A stretch of 64,000 nucleotides of DNA from positions 3,534,001 to 3,598,000 of the forward strand of contig JBHGNT010000013.1 in the NCBI GenBank assembly GCA_043228905.1. The letters are read 5' to 3'. Position 1 is the stretch's first letter; every line of letters starts with the position of its first letter. Position numbers and translations under genes: made by a program. Below the pieces are notes generated by a model. That model made no database searches. It saw nothing but the letters and a program-made list of their open reading frames with translations, and was not told the origin of the DNA. This stretch comes from Azolla caroliniana. Taxonomy: Eukaryota; Plantae; Polypodiophyta. This document shows, one piece after another, positions 62,768-64,000 of the stretch.

Positions 62768-64000
62768 ACATCCGCGCGAGTACAACAAAAACTTAACCTC
62801 CTAGAACCATCATCACATACGCACCGTCGAGAACATGAGCCCAGCCCCGCACCGCATTTTAGCACAACATGCAACAACCCAAACAATTCAAGAGCACACA
62901 TGCGAAGACCCCCAACACCGTTGCGTATGAACATGGCCTCTACACCCGACCCAACCACCTCAGCACTTCCTAATGCTGAACTCACATTGGCATTACAATC
63001 CATCCAAACCCTCGTGGCATTGATGGAAAAAGAACGAGCACCTGCGGAAAATTCAAGTTACCCCACAAACGACAGCAGGAAGAGTGCCACCATTCTAAGC
63101 TAGTACCTCGTTTCCTCGGTTTGGGTGACGCTTATGACAACGTAGAGAGGTTCAAACAAATATGTTGATCTTATGAACCCCTCACCAAGATCACCAAAGT
63201 AGCCGCATTTCGGCTTACGCTCGACGACCATGTCGGAATTTGGTTTGGGACTTTAAATGAAGACATCGTCGCAGACTTCGAGTATGTCATTGAAGATTTT
63301 TTAATCAACTTCGCTCGTAGAGGGAATAAATGGAATCCAGTCGACCAACTTTTGGCCCTCACGCAAGAGGCGAATGAGATGGTTAGGGATTATATCCGCT
63401 GCACGAAAAGCCTTCACCATCGGTGTAGCTCGAGTGATAAAATGTCAAATGAGAAATTGTTGAGCCGTTTCATTAATGGGTTGTTTGACCCCACACTCCA
63501 AAATTTCCTCATCGCCCGGATGTGCCGGTCATTCGTGGAAGCTTGCACCATAGTGATGACTTTCGAAGATTCAATGAGTGGGTTGCGGATACCCACAAAA
63601 GCACCTACAAACAACCGTGAGAAGACCTCGGAACCTGCTCCACCCACACCACTGAGACCACCCTACATGGAAAGACCCCATCCATATGCCTAAAGAGAAA
63701 ACGTAAGGTGCGTCGTGTGCCATGGCCATCACACTAGGCATGAGTTCCCTCTCCTCCACCAACGACGACCTCAATACTGTAAGTGGTGCAAAGCCTTCAT
63801 GATGCATTCTCAAGAGAACTGTTGGCAAGCCCCAAATGGAAGATATGGCCAAACACCAGTGGTTGAACACCCATGATTACCCCCACCACTTAGCCACCCA
63901 CAACTACCCGCAATACTTCCCCAAGAATCCCCACTACCTCGCGTTGGAGCCTGCCTTGCCGAACTAGAATACGCCTTAGATAACCAAGCCTAGGTTGGGG

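Larger units (their letters stand above)
57929..64000 (+). mobile_element. Probable degenerate gypsy element inserted in D (candidate LTR 57929-58409; gag remnants 62900-63700)
   Basis: D's chromodomain is cut by TGTCG...CGACA. Gag-like LTQEANEMVRDY..RFINGL. No second LTR in the window. Confidence 0.5.

Overview
Eukaryotic, gene-free, transposon-dense DNA. It is most likely from a non-seed land plant (fern, lycophyte or bryophyte), an inference from Tcn1-like chromoviruses, a tRNA-Trp-primed gypsy family and RTE-like LINEs. I found no convincing host gene. About 11 LTR retroelements can be resolved, most with LTRs and 5-bp target-site duplications (TSDs), plus four LINE remnants. The main nest is four levels deep: an old Met-primed chromovirus (13166-45599) contains a Copia (17300-44757), which contains a pol-only chromovirus (18768-22640) and a Tcn1-like element (24852-42718). 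That element in turn holds a three-LTR gag-only tandem (25704-31679) and an apparently intact Tcn1-like element (34341-40021). The most notable observations are: (1) different tRNA-like A-box/B-box modules near the U3 end of the LTR, antisense, in three Tcn1-like families; (2) a short repeat made of two convergent tRNA-like halves, one half shared with one of those LTRs; (3) Tf1-style self-priming signatures; (4) a conserved -1 frameshift signal; (5) an RTE-like LINE found in (CT)n microsatellites in both copies; (6) gag-only and pol-only elements. Coordinates were read by eye and may be off by a few bases. A 100-N gap lies at 49876-49975.
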